A program made the position numbers and the translations under genes. The notes beneath the pieces are model-generated. The model worked only from the letters and a program-made list of their open reading frames with translations. It made no database searches and was not told the origin of the DNA. A stretch of 64,000 nucleotides of DNA, taken from Peptococcia bacterium. Its GTDB lineage: Bacteria; Bacillota; Peptococcia; DRI-13; DTU073. This document shows, piece after piece, positions 48,446 to 57,969 of this stretch. Position 1 is the stretch's first letter, and the number at the start of each line of letters is the position of its first letter. The stretch is from assembly GCA_050951585.1 (NCBI GenBank), contig JBMNJI010000005.1:16206-80205 (forward strand), in the 5' to 3' direction.

Positions 48446-50287
48446 ATGATCAAGAAAAAGAGAAGTAGGATCGGAACCATCATGCTGGCCATGGCATTTT
48501 TGCTCACTTCCGGCCCGGGGGCTGGAAACGCGGCGGCGGCCAACGGAGCCAATACTGCCGATGCCGGGAATACGGGCAGGGCAGTATCTGTAGCAAGCAA
48601 TATCTCGCCAGTCACGGGCGGCATTGAAATAACTGGGGTTACGGCGACCACCGGGCAAGGAGATCATTTTAAACTTGGTAATGAAGTTTTGTTGAGCAAG
48701 TATCGTTATTTGCTGGACGGAAAAAAGGTTGGTTTGATTACGAATCAAACCGGAGTAAACAGTAAAGGCGAAAGCACCATTAATGTTCTGGCGCGGGAGA
48801 CTTCTTTTCAATTAACGGCTCTTTACGGACCGGAGCACGGCATTGACGGGCAGGCGGCGGCAGGTGCTTATGTGGAGTCCTATGTGCATCCGCAGTTGGG
48901 TATTCCGGTGTACAGCCTTTATGGGGCGACGAGAATGCCGAGTGCAAGCATGCTGGAAAATGTGGATATTTTGCTTTATGATATTCAGGATATCGGGGCC
49001 CGGACCTATACTTATATTTCGACGCTCAATTACTGTATGCAGGCAGCCCGGAAATATCACAAAACGATTATTGTCCTCGACCGGCCCAATCCGCTGGGCG
49101 GCTTAACCGTTGACGGCATGGTGCTGGAGGAAGGCTATGAGACCTTTGTCGGGGTGGATAATTTGCCCACGGCGCACGGGATGACCATTGGGGAACTGGC
49201 CCTGTTTTTCAACCGGAATATCGGGGCGGATGTGAAAGTGATACCGATGGAGGGGTATTCACGGGAAATGATCTGGCAGGATACAGGCCTTACCTGGATT
49301 CCGACTTCGCCGAATATTCCTGATCTCGATTCCCTCTTTGGTTATATGTCCACGGGCTTAGGAGAAGGGACCGGTATTTATCAGTCCGATAAATTCAAAT
49401 GGATCGGCGGCAAAGGGGTGGATGCCCTTGCTTTTGCCAAGCTGCTGAATCAAGCCGGACTGCCGGGGGTTGTCTTTATTCCCGAATACAAAGGGACGGC
49501 CGGCGGGGTGAGGCTCAGCATTCAGGATTACCATACCTTTAATCCGGCGAAAACCGGGATTTACGCCTTGGCCTATGCCCATTCTTTGAACAATTTTAAA
49601 GTACCCAAAAGCGGGAAAACCATGGTGATGTTTGACAAGATTATGGGGACAAATAAAATCGGTCAATGGCTGGAACAGGGGCTGACCCCACAGCAGATGG
49701 AGGCCAATTATCTGCCGGAGCTGAATAAATTCCGGGCGGAACGCCAGAAATACCTGATCTATGGCAGGCAGGCGGGGGAACATCAAGAACCACAACAACC
49801 TGAGCAGCCGGTCGAGCCTGCGCAGCCGGAGAATCCGGAACAGCCTAATCAACCGGTCGAGCCGCAGGTGCCAGAGCAGCCCGGAGAGGAACAGACACCT
49901 GAAAAGCCGCAACAACCCGGTCAGCCTGACGGGGCGGTGCCTCCTTTGCGGCTGATTGTAAAGGGACAAAATGTGGAGTTTGATTCCGAACCATATATTG
50001 ATGCCAACAACCGCTTGATGGTTCCGGTGCGGGCCATCCTGGAAGCCTTGGGCGCCACGGTCGATTGGGATGAGGCAGAGCGGACGGTTTCGATTAGCGG
50101 ACAGGGGCACACCCTTTTATTGAAGATTGATAGTACCCGGGCGGTCGTTGATGGTGGGCAACGGACCATGGACACCTGTCCCGTGATCAAGAATGAGCGG
50201 ACGATGTTGCCGGCGCGTTATGTGGGCGAATATTTAGGGTTCACCGTAGACTGGGATGAGGAAACCCGCACGGTGACCGTGGAGTAA
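48446..50287 (+). CDS. Secreted DUF1343/NamZ-family (exo-beta-N-acetylmuramidase-like) protein with a Pro/Gln/Glu linker and a C-terminal copper amine oxidase N-terminal-like domain
   Basis: Signal peptide MIKKKRSRIGTIMLAMAFLL... GLITNQTGV, LYGPEHG, YDIQDIGARTYTYISTL, LDRPNPLGG. Linker EPQQPEQPVEPAQPENPEQP... C-terminal ..LMVPVRAILEALGATVDWDEAERTVSI. Confidence 0.75.
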   Translation: MIKKKRSRIGTIMLAMAFLLTSGPGAGNAAAANGANTADAGNTGRAVSVASNISPVTGGIEITGVTATTGQGDHFKLGNEVLLSKYRYLLDGKKVGLITNQTGVNSKGESTINVLARETSFQLTALYGPEHGIDGQAAAGAYVESYVHPQLGIPVYSLYGATRMPSASMLENVDILLYDIQDIGARTYTYISTLNYCMQAARKYHKTIIVLDRPNPLGGLTVDGMVLEEGYETFVGVDNLPTAHGMTIGELALFFNRNIGADVKVIPMEGYSREMIWQDTGLTWIPTSPNIPDLDSLFGYMSTGLGEGTGIYQSDKFKWIGGKGVDALAFAKLLNQAGLPGVVFIPEYKGTAGGVRLSIQDYHTFNPAKTGIYALAYAHSLNNFKVPKSGKTMVMFDKIMGTNKIGQWLEQGLTPQQMEANYLPELNKFRAERQKYLIYGRQAGEHQEPQQPEQPVEPAQPENPEQPNQPVEPQVPEQPGEEQTPEKPQQPGQPDGAVPPLRLIVKGQNVEFDSEPYIDANNRLMVPVRAILEALGATVDWDEAERTVSISGQGHTLLLKIDSTRAVVDGGQRTMDTCPVIKNERTMLPARYVGEYLGFTVDWDEETRTVTVE

Positions 50288-50292
50288 AACAA

Positions 50293-50336
50293 AAAGGAGT
50301 GTTACAGCGGTGGTTACCGCGTGACACTCCTTTAAA
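50293..50336. terminator. Long hairpin terminator
   Basis: Stem AAAGGAGTGTTAC / GTGACACTCCTTT with the inner pair GCGGT / ACCGC. Confidence 0.7.
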
Positions 50337-50360
50337 TATTTAAATATTCAACTGATCTAC

Positions 50361-50945
50361 CTAGTCTATTCTGGCTCCAAGGGCGAGTTCTTTATTGATT
50401 AATGGCAGCTTGCTTTTACCGGTGATGGTTAAACCGGTGATCTTTTCGTTTTTTGTTCCAAGCTTAATGTAGCCTTTGGAAAAACCCAGATCATGGTTTA
50501 GAGAGAGACCGCCTGAACTTGCACTGAAGGAAAGGATATTTCCCAGATCAAGTTTTTTAAACTTCAGTTCGGATGACTTCAGCGGATTATCTAGTTTAAT
50601 GGCGTACATCACGTTAGTATTGAGAGGCAGTCGGGTTTTTTCTAAAACAGCGAAGCCGGTATTTTTCCAATTCACGTCAAATAGCAAAACTATTAAAATA
50701 TTTATAGGACCGCTAGTGCAAAATAGTGGATTTGTGATAGAATAGATATAATATTCATGTGATGAAAAAGGTCGTGATGCTATGTCTTTTTTCCAAAAAT
50801 CGCAGAAGCTGAATAATGTGAAGTACGCAATTAGAGGACCGATTATCGATGAAGCGAAGAAACTCGAAAGATACGGTTTTGAGCTAATCAAACTGAATAT
50901 CGGTAATCCGACTCCTTTTGGTCTATATGCACCGCCGGAAATCAT
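50361..50945 (-). other. Doubtful ORF, possibly a C-terminal gene remnant
   Basis: Only the last ~110 codons (50361..~50690) lie outside the aminotransferase gene. No convincing RBS or start was found, and the sequence is strand-rich with no recognisable family. Confidence 0.2.
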
Positions 50946-52068
50946 TCGTGATGTTATTCATAATTTGCGGGTCGCGCAGGGGTATTCCGAGTCCCAGGGG
51001 ATTTTTGCCGGACGCAAGGCAATAATGCAGTATTATCAGCAGAAACAGGTGCCGGGTGTGGATGTTGACGATATTTATACCGGTAATGGCGTTAGTGAGC
51101 TAATTATGATGGCCATGCAGGCTTTATTAAATAATGGTGATGAGATTCTTATCCCTAAACCGGATTATCCTCTTTGGACAGCAGCCGTTACCCTTTCAGG
51201 CGGTATTGCGGTGCATTATCAGTGCGATGAACAGGCGGACTGGAATCCGGATATCGAGGATATCCGTCGTAAAATCACGAGAAACACCAAAGGAATTGTG
51301 ATTATTAATCCCAATAATCCTACGGGGGCTCTTTATCCGGTGGAGGTTCTGCAGGAGATCGTGAAGATTGCGGAAGAGCATAAGCTGATTGTTTTTTCGG
51401 ACGAAATATACGATAAGATTCTTTATGAGGATGCTCAGCATGTTTCTACGGCCAGTCTTTCGGAAGACGTTTTCTTTCTGACCTTTAACGGACTGTCGAA
51501 ATCACACCGGATCGCCGGTTTTCGGGCAGGCTGGATGGTTGTCAGCGGGAATAAGGAATTGGCGGCCGATTATATTGACGGGCTGAATACCCTGGCCTCG
51601 ATGCGCTTATGCAGTAACGTACCGGCTCAGTATGCCATTCAGACCGCCCTGGGGGGCTATCAGAGCCTGACCGAATTACTGGTGCCCGGCGGCAGACTGC
51701 AAAGGCAGCGGGAATTATGCTATGAAATGCTGAATAATATCCCGGGAATATCCTGTACCAAGCCGAAGGGAGCCTTCTATATGTTCCCCAAAATAGACAC
51801 CAAGCGGTTTAATATTACGAATGACTATAAATTTGTGTTAGATTTTCTGCGGGAAAAGAAGGTTATGCTGGTGCAGGGTACGGGCTTTAACTGGCATGAG
51901 CCCGATCATTTTCGGTTAGTATACCTGGCGCCTGTGGAAACACTTACCATCGCGTTGAACCGGCTGGGCGATTTTTTGGCGGAATATGTGCAGACAGAAG
52001 AGGATCTCTCGGCCTTGCCCTTAGACATGGATCCGGATGGCGAGGAAGGCTTTTTCGAAAACTTCTAA
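50782..52068 (+). CDS. PLP-dependent aminotransferase, AlaA/YfbQ-like class I
   Basis: N-terminus ..KSQKLNNVKYAIRGPIIDEAKKLERYGFELIKLNIGNPTPFG. The SKSHRIAGFR lysine motif is present. Confidence 0.85.
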   Translation: MSFFQKSQKLNNVKYAIRGPIIDEAKKLERYGFELIKLNIGNPTPFGLYAPPEIIRDVIHNLRVAQGYSESQGIFAGRKAIMQYYQQKQVPGVDVDDIYTGNGVSELIMMAMQALLNNGDEILIPKPDYPLWTAAVTLSGGIAVHYQCDEQADWNPDIEDIRRKITRNTKGIVIINPNNPTGALYPVEVLQEIVKIAEEHKLIVFSDEIYDKILYEDAQHVSTASLSEDVFFLTFNGLSKSHRIAGFRAGWMVVSGNKELAADYIDGLNTLASMRLCSNVPAQYAIQTALGGYQSLTELLVPGGRLQRQRELCYEMLNNIPGISCTKPKGAFYMFPKIDTKRFNITNDYKFVLDFLREKKVMLVQGTGFNWHEPDHFRLVYLAPVETLTIALNRLGDFLAEYVQTEEDLSALPLDMDPDGEEGFFENF

Positions 52069-52172
52069 CTCCATAACCCAATATGGCTCCTTAGGGGGGC
52101 GCGCGGGGGCGCTAAGAAGCTATCAGCAATAAGCGGCAGAAATACGGCAGTTTAGGTGAAGTGCCTTAGAAG

Positions 52173-52213
52173 AAGTAAGCAGACATTGAATCGACAGTGA
52201 TGCTTACTTTTTT
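52173..52213 (+). terminator. Terminator after the aminotransferase gene
   Basis: Stem AAGTAAGCA / TGCTTACTT followed by T5. Confidence 0.75.
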
Positions 52214-52340
52214 CATTAGCTGTTGCCAAGTGCAACTAGAGCTTTGGGAACATTTTCAAAAAAGATACGTCAAAATAATATAGAGGATTGAAGGAAGTCA
52301 GAACGGAGCCAAAGGAAGTTTTAAGAGAGAAAAGAAAGAG

Positions 52341-52384
52341 ACCGGAAGAAAACCGGAAAAATACCGGAGAGAAACCGGAAGAAG
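52341..52384 (+). repeat. Four tandem 11-bp direct repeats ACCGGARARAA
   Basis: ACCGGA occurs at 52341, 52352, 52363 and 52374, exactly 11 bp apart. The array runs into the AAGGAG RBS of the next gene. Confidence 0.8.
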
Positions 52385-52396
52385 GAGTGAATTCAG

Positions 52397-55154
52397 GTGA
52401 TGAAAACAGGAAAAAGCAAGATCATTATTTCTTTGCTGGTTGTGGGTTTGGTAGTGTTGGGAGCGCTTTTATTTGTTCAACCGCGGGTGATCACTGCCGG
52501 CGACGAACCGCAGAAACAGACGGGGGATGCGGAGACCATCCTGCAGAAAAGACTGGCGAATGCCATCGTTCTATACGCAGAAAGCCCCATCGCACGGGTT
52601 AATAATGCGCAAATGCAGGTGGAAGCAGATAATGCAGGGATCGTCCCTTATGTGAGCGGGGGGCGGGTCCTGGTACCGCTGCGGTTTATTGCCCAGAACC
52701 TGCAGGCGGAGATTACCTGGGAGAAGGAGACTTCCGCCGTAACACTTACGGTGGGTAAGGACACGGTCAAATTACAGCCCGGGCAGGAGCAGATGCAGAT
52801 TAATGGGAAGTCAGTAAAGCTGGATGCAGTTCCGGAAATAATTGACGGGCGGACTTTTGTGCCTATTCGGGCGATTAGTGAAGCCTTTGGGAAAGCAGTC
52901 TTTTATGATCGCGGTTTAATTGTGATCGGGGATGACCAAAACCCCTTTGATAAAGAGTCCGAGAAGTCGTTGCTCGATCGGTTAATTGCCAAAGTGAACA
53001 ATCTTCCGGCCGTCGGTTCGGCGGAGAATTTGCTCAAGCTGTTAACGGAGGCGAACGAGAACGATTATCGAAAACGGATCGCGGCTGATGGCGGCATTGC
53101 TTTTGACATGGCGGCTACGGTAACGGAAGCGCTTAATGGGGTAAGCCAGCAACAGAACACCCAGAATAAGGCCAAGGTACCGGCGCCGGCTGAACAAAAG
53201 CAGGGAAAGACTGAAAGCAGTGCGGCTGTAGATTATTCCAAAACAAATGTGCAGGTGCAGGGTGTGGATGAGGCTGACCTTGTGAAAACGGACGGGGAAT
53301 ATCTCTATCACGTCAATAAACAGCGCGTGCTGATTACGAAGGCTTATCCGGCGGCCGAACTGCAGGTGGTTTCCACCTTGACTTTCGCGGAGAAGGATTT
53401 TTGGCCGGAAGAGCTTTATCTTGATGAGCAATATCTGGTGGTAATCGGCCGCAACAATTTGTATTATGACTATATTTTGAAACCGGTGCCGGTTGTACCG
53501 CAGGACGATGTGCAGCCGGATAAGGACAAAAATACGATAAATAATACGGCCACTGCCGGTATTGCGCCGGATGAGGCACAGGCCGGTGGTCAGGATGGGG
53601 CAGGGGCTGCCGTACAGTTTGAACGGGAAGTGGCGCTCGCGGATGTTGCCCCTGCGGTGCCGCGCTCTGCCGCCAAAGTAATTTCCATCTGGCCGCCCCG
53701 TCTTTCCCGGAATGAGGTCAAAGTTTTCATTTTTGACATTCGGGATAAGACGAAGATCACGAAGGTAAGAGAAGTCGAGATTGAGGGAAATTATCTTACC
53801 TCGCGGAAAATCGGGTCTTTTGTCTATTTCGTTGCCAATTGTCCTGCCTACCTATATGGTTATGGACAGGAGGAAAATCCGAACCCGGTGCCTTTTTACC
53901 GTGATACGACCTTGAAGAATGATTATCAGGCCGTACCTTATGAAAAGATCTATTATCTTCCGCCCGTAAGGAGCTCCAATTATCTGGTTATTGCCGGACT
54001 GGACCTGAATCAGCGGGAGGAAGGGGTGCAGATTTCTACCTACCTGGGGGCCGGCGATGATGTCTATGTTTCCCAGAATAATCTTTATGTGGCGCTGCAG
54101 AATTACAACTACGGGCCGATTAGGATCATGGCGCTCGATGCTGCCGGCAGTAGCGGGGCGGGCAGTTTGAAACCGGCCGGAAAGCACGGAGCCCGGAACG
54201 CAGATTTATAAGTTTTCCCTTGATCAGGGCAAGGTCACTTATCTTGCCAAGGGCGAGGTTCCGGGAACATTGCTTAATCAGTTCTCCATGGATGAACATA
54301 AAGGGTATTTCCGGGTGGCCACGACCACAGGCAATACCTGGAGTTCGGGCCAAGATAAGTCGCAGAACAATGTCTATGTGCTGGATGAAACGATGACGCT
54401 CGTGGGGATGGTGGAGGGGATTGCCCCCGGGGAAAGGATTTACTCCACCCGCTTTATCGGGGACAGAGCGTATCTTGTCACTTTTAAAGATACGGACCCC
54501 TTCTTTGTCCTGGATTTAAAGGTGCCGTCCAATCCGCGTGTGTTAGGCGCTTTGAAGATACCCGGGTACAGCGATTACCTGCATCCCTATGATGAAAACC
54601 ATATTATCGGCATTGGTAAGGATACGGTGGAAGTACCCATTAAGGGCTGGGGGTCAGCGGAAGGAACTGTATCCACGCAGGCCTACTATCAAGGAATGAA
54701 ACTGGCGGTGTTTGACGTGACGGACGTCACGAAGCCCCGTGAATTATTCAAGGAAGTGATCGGTGACCGGGGCACTGATTCGGAGTTATTGCGCGACCAC
54801 AAGGCCCTGCTTTTTGACCGGGAAAAAGAATTGTTTGCCTTCCCTGTCCGCGTGCTGGAGATCCCGGCCGAATATAAACAGGGGAATCCTAACGCGGTGC
54901 AGTATGGCCAGTTCACCTTCCAGGGCGCGTATGTGTATCAGCTTAATCTGACGGATGGATTCACCCTGCGCGGGAAGATTACCCATCTTTCGGCAGAGGA
55001 ATTGCTGAAGGCCGGTTCTTCTTATGCCAATGCGGATAAGGAAATTAAGCGGATTCTCTATATTGATAATGTCCTCTATACCTTATCCGATGGTATGATT
55101 AAGGCGAACGGTATGACCGGGCTGAAAGAGCTGAACAGCCTGGCGCTTCAGTAA
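52397..55154 (+). CDS. Secreted beta-propeller-domain protein with an N-terminal copper amine oxidase-like domain; one frameshift near 54130-54185
   Basis: Signal anchor, then ..GRVLVPLRFIAQNLQAEITWEKETSAVTL. C-terminal YSTRFIGDRAYLVTFKDTDPFFVLDL..PRVLGALKIPGYSDYLHPYD (Beta_propel family). ORFs 52397..54211 and 54270..55154 join via ..TEPGTQIYKFSLDQGKV. Confidence 0.75.
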
Positions 55155-55260
55155 ATGCAACTTTTTCGGTGGTGAAATAGAGCTTAATCTACCATGAAAC
55201 CCAACGGTTGAATTAATATCTGGTTTTAAAGGATATTTGCACCTTATTATCGAATTCCTT

Positions 55261-55295
55261 AAGATGGTCTATTTTCTGTTAGGCCATCTTCTTTT
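55261..55295 (+). terminator. Terminator after the beta-propeller gene
   Basis: Stem AAGATGGTC / GGCCATCTT followed by a T-run. Confidence 0.55.
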
Positions 55296-55369
55296 ACACT
55301 GCTTCTTTTCTTTTTCAACATTGCTTGCCACCATGGCCACCTTATAAATAGATTTCGGGAGGGATTTTC

Positions 55370-56438
55370 TTGTATTACATATCCAATTTCAGCCATGACC
55401 CGTATTACAATTTGGCTTTTGAGGAATATTGCTTTAAACAGCTGGATCCCATGGAGCAGTATGTTCTGCTTTGGCAGAATGAGCGCTCAGTCATCGTGGG
55501 GAGATTCCAGAACACCCTGGCCGAGATTAATGCCGATTACGTAAAAAGGCATGGGGTGCATGTGGTCAGACGGATGACCGGCGGCGGGGCGGTTTATCAT
55601 GATCTGGGCAATTTGAATTTTACCTTTATTCAAAACAGGCAAAGTGAGCAGATTGATTTTCGCCCTTTTACCGAACCGGTGGTAAAAGCCTTGGCCGAGA
55701 TGGGGATTACCGCGGAAATCAGCGGACGGAATGACCTGACCATCGGCGGGAAAAAGTTTTCCGGTAACGCCCAGTATCACGAAAAAAACCGCACGATGCA
55801 TCACGGCACCCTGCTTTTTGCGGCGGATCTGGATGCCGTCGAGGCCGCCTTGCAGGTGAAGCAGGACAAGTACGCTTCGAAAGGGGTGAAATCGGTCCGC
55901 AGCCGTGTCACCAATATCAGAGAGCATTTAGAACGACCGCTCACTCTGGCCCAGTTCAGAGATACCCTCCTGGAGCATTTATTTGCATACCAGGGCGAGC
56001 CCGTGCGGGAATATCATTTAAGCAATGAGGACTTTGCCGGGATTGCCCGCCTCTGTAATAGTAAATACCGTACCTGGGAGTGGAATTATGGGCAGTCGCC
56101 GCAGTTTAATGTGAGAAATAACGGGCGTTTTGCCTGCGGCGGGGTGGAGGTGTGTCTGCAGGTGGATAAGGGGATAATAAAAGAGTGCAAAATCTATGGG
56201 GATTATTTCAGCAATGAGGAGCCGACGGAATTTCGAGCAGAAAATGAGCGGGGTCAAATACGAGAGCGAGGCAGTGTATGATGCTTTATATAAGGCCGGG
56301 GTTGCCAAGTACTTTGGGCAGGTTAGTGCGGAGGAATTACTGCCGCTTTTTATACCATCTGTGTATCGGGAACCGTTATTTGCGTATATCAGAAACGCTG
56401 TTGCCAGCAGAGAGAGCATTGAACATAATAAAACATAA
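55370..56438 (+). CDS. lplA: Lipoate--protein ligase; one frameshift near 56230
   Basis: RRMTGGGAVYHDLGNLNF and GRNDL.IGGKKFSGNAQ. ORF 56196..56438 supplies the normal C-terminus (EQKMSGVKYESEAVYDAL..YFGQVSAEELL) in another frame. Confidence 0.85.
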
Positions 56439-56450
56439 TAAAACATAATA
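56421..56450 (+). repeat. Three tandem 10-bp units (G/A)AACATAATA spanning the lplA stop codon
   Basis: Read directly: gaacataata aaacataata aaacataata. Confidence 0.7.
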
Positions 56451-56545
56451 GAAGTAATATATGAAGTGTAAGTAAAAAATGCGGCGAAGGCATGAGCATC
56501 GCGGAAAAGAGAACGTGGTGAGAGCAGCGAACAGGAGGGAAAATA

Positions 56546-57697
56546 ATGTCTCAGATTGATTTAATTGCTACCGCGACTTTTGGGTTGGAGTCCGTTGTGG
56601 CCAGGGAGTTAAGGGAGCTTGGTTATACGGAACAGACCGTGGAGAACAGCAGGGTGATTTTTGCCGGTGATGAGAGGGCTGTTTGCCGCACAAACCTTTG
56701 GTTGCGGACAGCCGACCGGGTGCTGATTAAGATGGGGCAATTCAAGGCGTTCAGTTTTGAAGAATTGTTTCAGCAGACGAAGGCGTTACCCTGGGGCGAC
56801 TGGCTCCCGGTTGATGCCGAGTTTCCCGTGGAGGGCAAGTCCATTAATTCTCTTTTGCATAGTGTTCCGGATTGTCAGGCGATCGTCAAAAAAGCGGTGG
56901 TTGAAAAAATGAAGGAAAAATATAAGGTCAGCTGGTTCCCGGAAAAAGGACCGCGGTATAAAATCGAAGTTGCTATCCTAAAGGATGTGGTGACTCTGAC
57001 CATTGATACAAGCGGACCGGGCCTGCATAAAAGGGGTTATCGCAAGCTAGTGGGACAGGCTCCTTTGAAAGAAACGCTGGCGGCGGCAATGATCATGCTA
57101 AGCTTCTGGAAAGCAGAGCGTCCTTTTATTGATCCCTTTTGCGGCTCGGGGACAATTCCGATTGAGGCTGCTCTGATCGGTCTGAATCGGGCGCCGGGCC
57201 TCAAGCGCAGTTTTACGGCGGAGGATTGGCCGAATATTCCCCGGAAGCTGTGGCAGGAGGCGCGTCGGGAGGCAGAGGATTTAATCCGGACGGAACAGGT
57301 CATGGATATTGAGGGCTATGACTGGGATAAGGAAGCCTTGAGCTTAGCCCGTTATCATGCCAGGGAGGCGGGTGTCGAGAAGCTTATTCATTTTCAGGAG
57401 CGGGCGCTGGCTGATTTTAGTACGAAGAAGCAATACGGCTATCTGATTTGCAATCCGCCGTATGGAGAGCGCCTCGAAGAAAAGGCGACGGTGGAACGTC
57501 TTTACCGGCAGATGGGACAGGTTTTTGGAAAGCTGGATACCTGGTCATATTTTATCCTGACGGCGCATCCGGCCTTTGAAAAGTTATTCGGACGTAAGGC
57601 GGGCAAAAACAGAAAGCTGTATAACGGCCGGATTGAATGCCACTATTATCAGTACTTCGGGCCCAAGCCGCCCCGCCCGACTATTAAAACGATTTGA
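56546..57697 (+). CDS. THUMP-domain class I SAM-dependent RNA methyltransferase (RlmL/YpsC-like)
   Basis: N-terminal THUMP region, DPFCGSGT SAM motif and the NPPYGERL catalytic motif. Confidence 0.85.
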   Translation: MSQIDLIATATFGLESVVARELRELGYTEQTVENSRVIFAGDERAVCRTNLWLRTADRVLIKMGQFKAFSFEELFQQTKALPWGDWLPVDAEFPVEGKSINSLLHSVPDCQAIVKKAVVEKMKEKYKVSWFPEKGPRYKIEVAILKDVVTLTIDTSGPGLHKRGYRKLVGQAPLKETLAAAMIMLSFWKAERPFIDPFCGSGTIPIEAALIGLNRAPGLKRSFTAEDWPNIPRKLWQEARREAEDLIRTEQVMDIEGYDWDKEALSLARYHAREAGVEKLIHFQERALADFSTKKQYGYLICNPPYGERLEEKATVERLYRQMGQVFGKLDTWSYFILTAHPAFEKLFGRKAGKNRKLYNGRIECHYYQYFGPKPPRPTIKTI

Positions 57698-57969
57698 TCT
57701 TTAAACTCATTTACGGATAGGAAGGTAATTGCCTGACATGAGATCGGCATGATTGGATGAACTTCAATTCTCCCTTTTGCATAATTCAACTGCGAATAGA
57801 CTTTCACTTACCGTTTTGATCGGGAATAATAGGGCTTTGCTAGAAAAAAGGGGAACATTTTGATAAAAAGCAGGAATATGAATAATCAAAAGAATAAATA
57901 GCTATAGTCGAAAAACAGCCAAAAGAAGTATCGTAAAAACATTTATGACAAAGGGGGTTAAGTAATCCA

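Noticed and set aside
52100-52130. G6-CGCGC-G5 tract after the aminotransferase gene as a G-quadruplex or terminator.
   Set aside because: Only a 5-bp flanking stem can form and there is no U-tract. A proper terminator lies 50 nt further on, at 52173-52213.
52288-52602. 104-aa ORF upstream of and overlapping the beta-propeller gene.
   Set aside because: It is out of frame with, and overlaps, a well-supported gene. Its K/E/R-rich translation is a by-product of the purine-rich repeat leader.
56421-56450. Short tandem repeat as a CRISPR or minisatellite.
   Set aside because: It has only three contiguous 10-bp units with no spacers, and it is AT-rich slippage-type sequence at a gene end.
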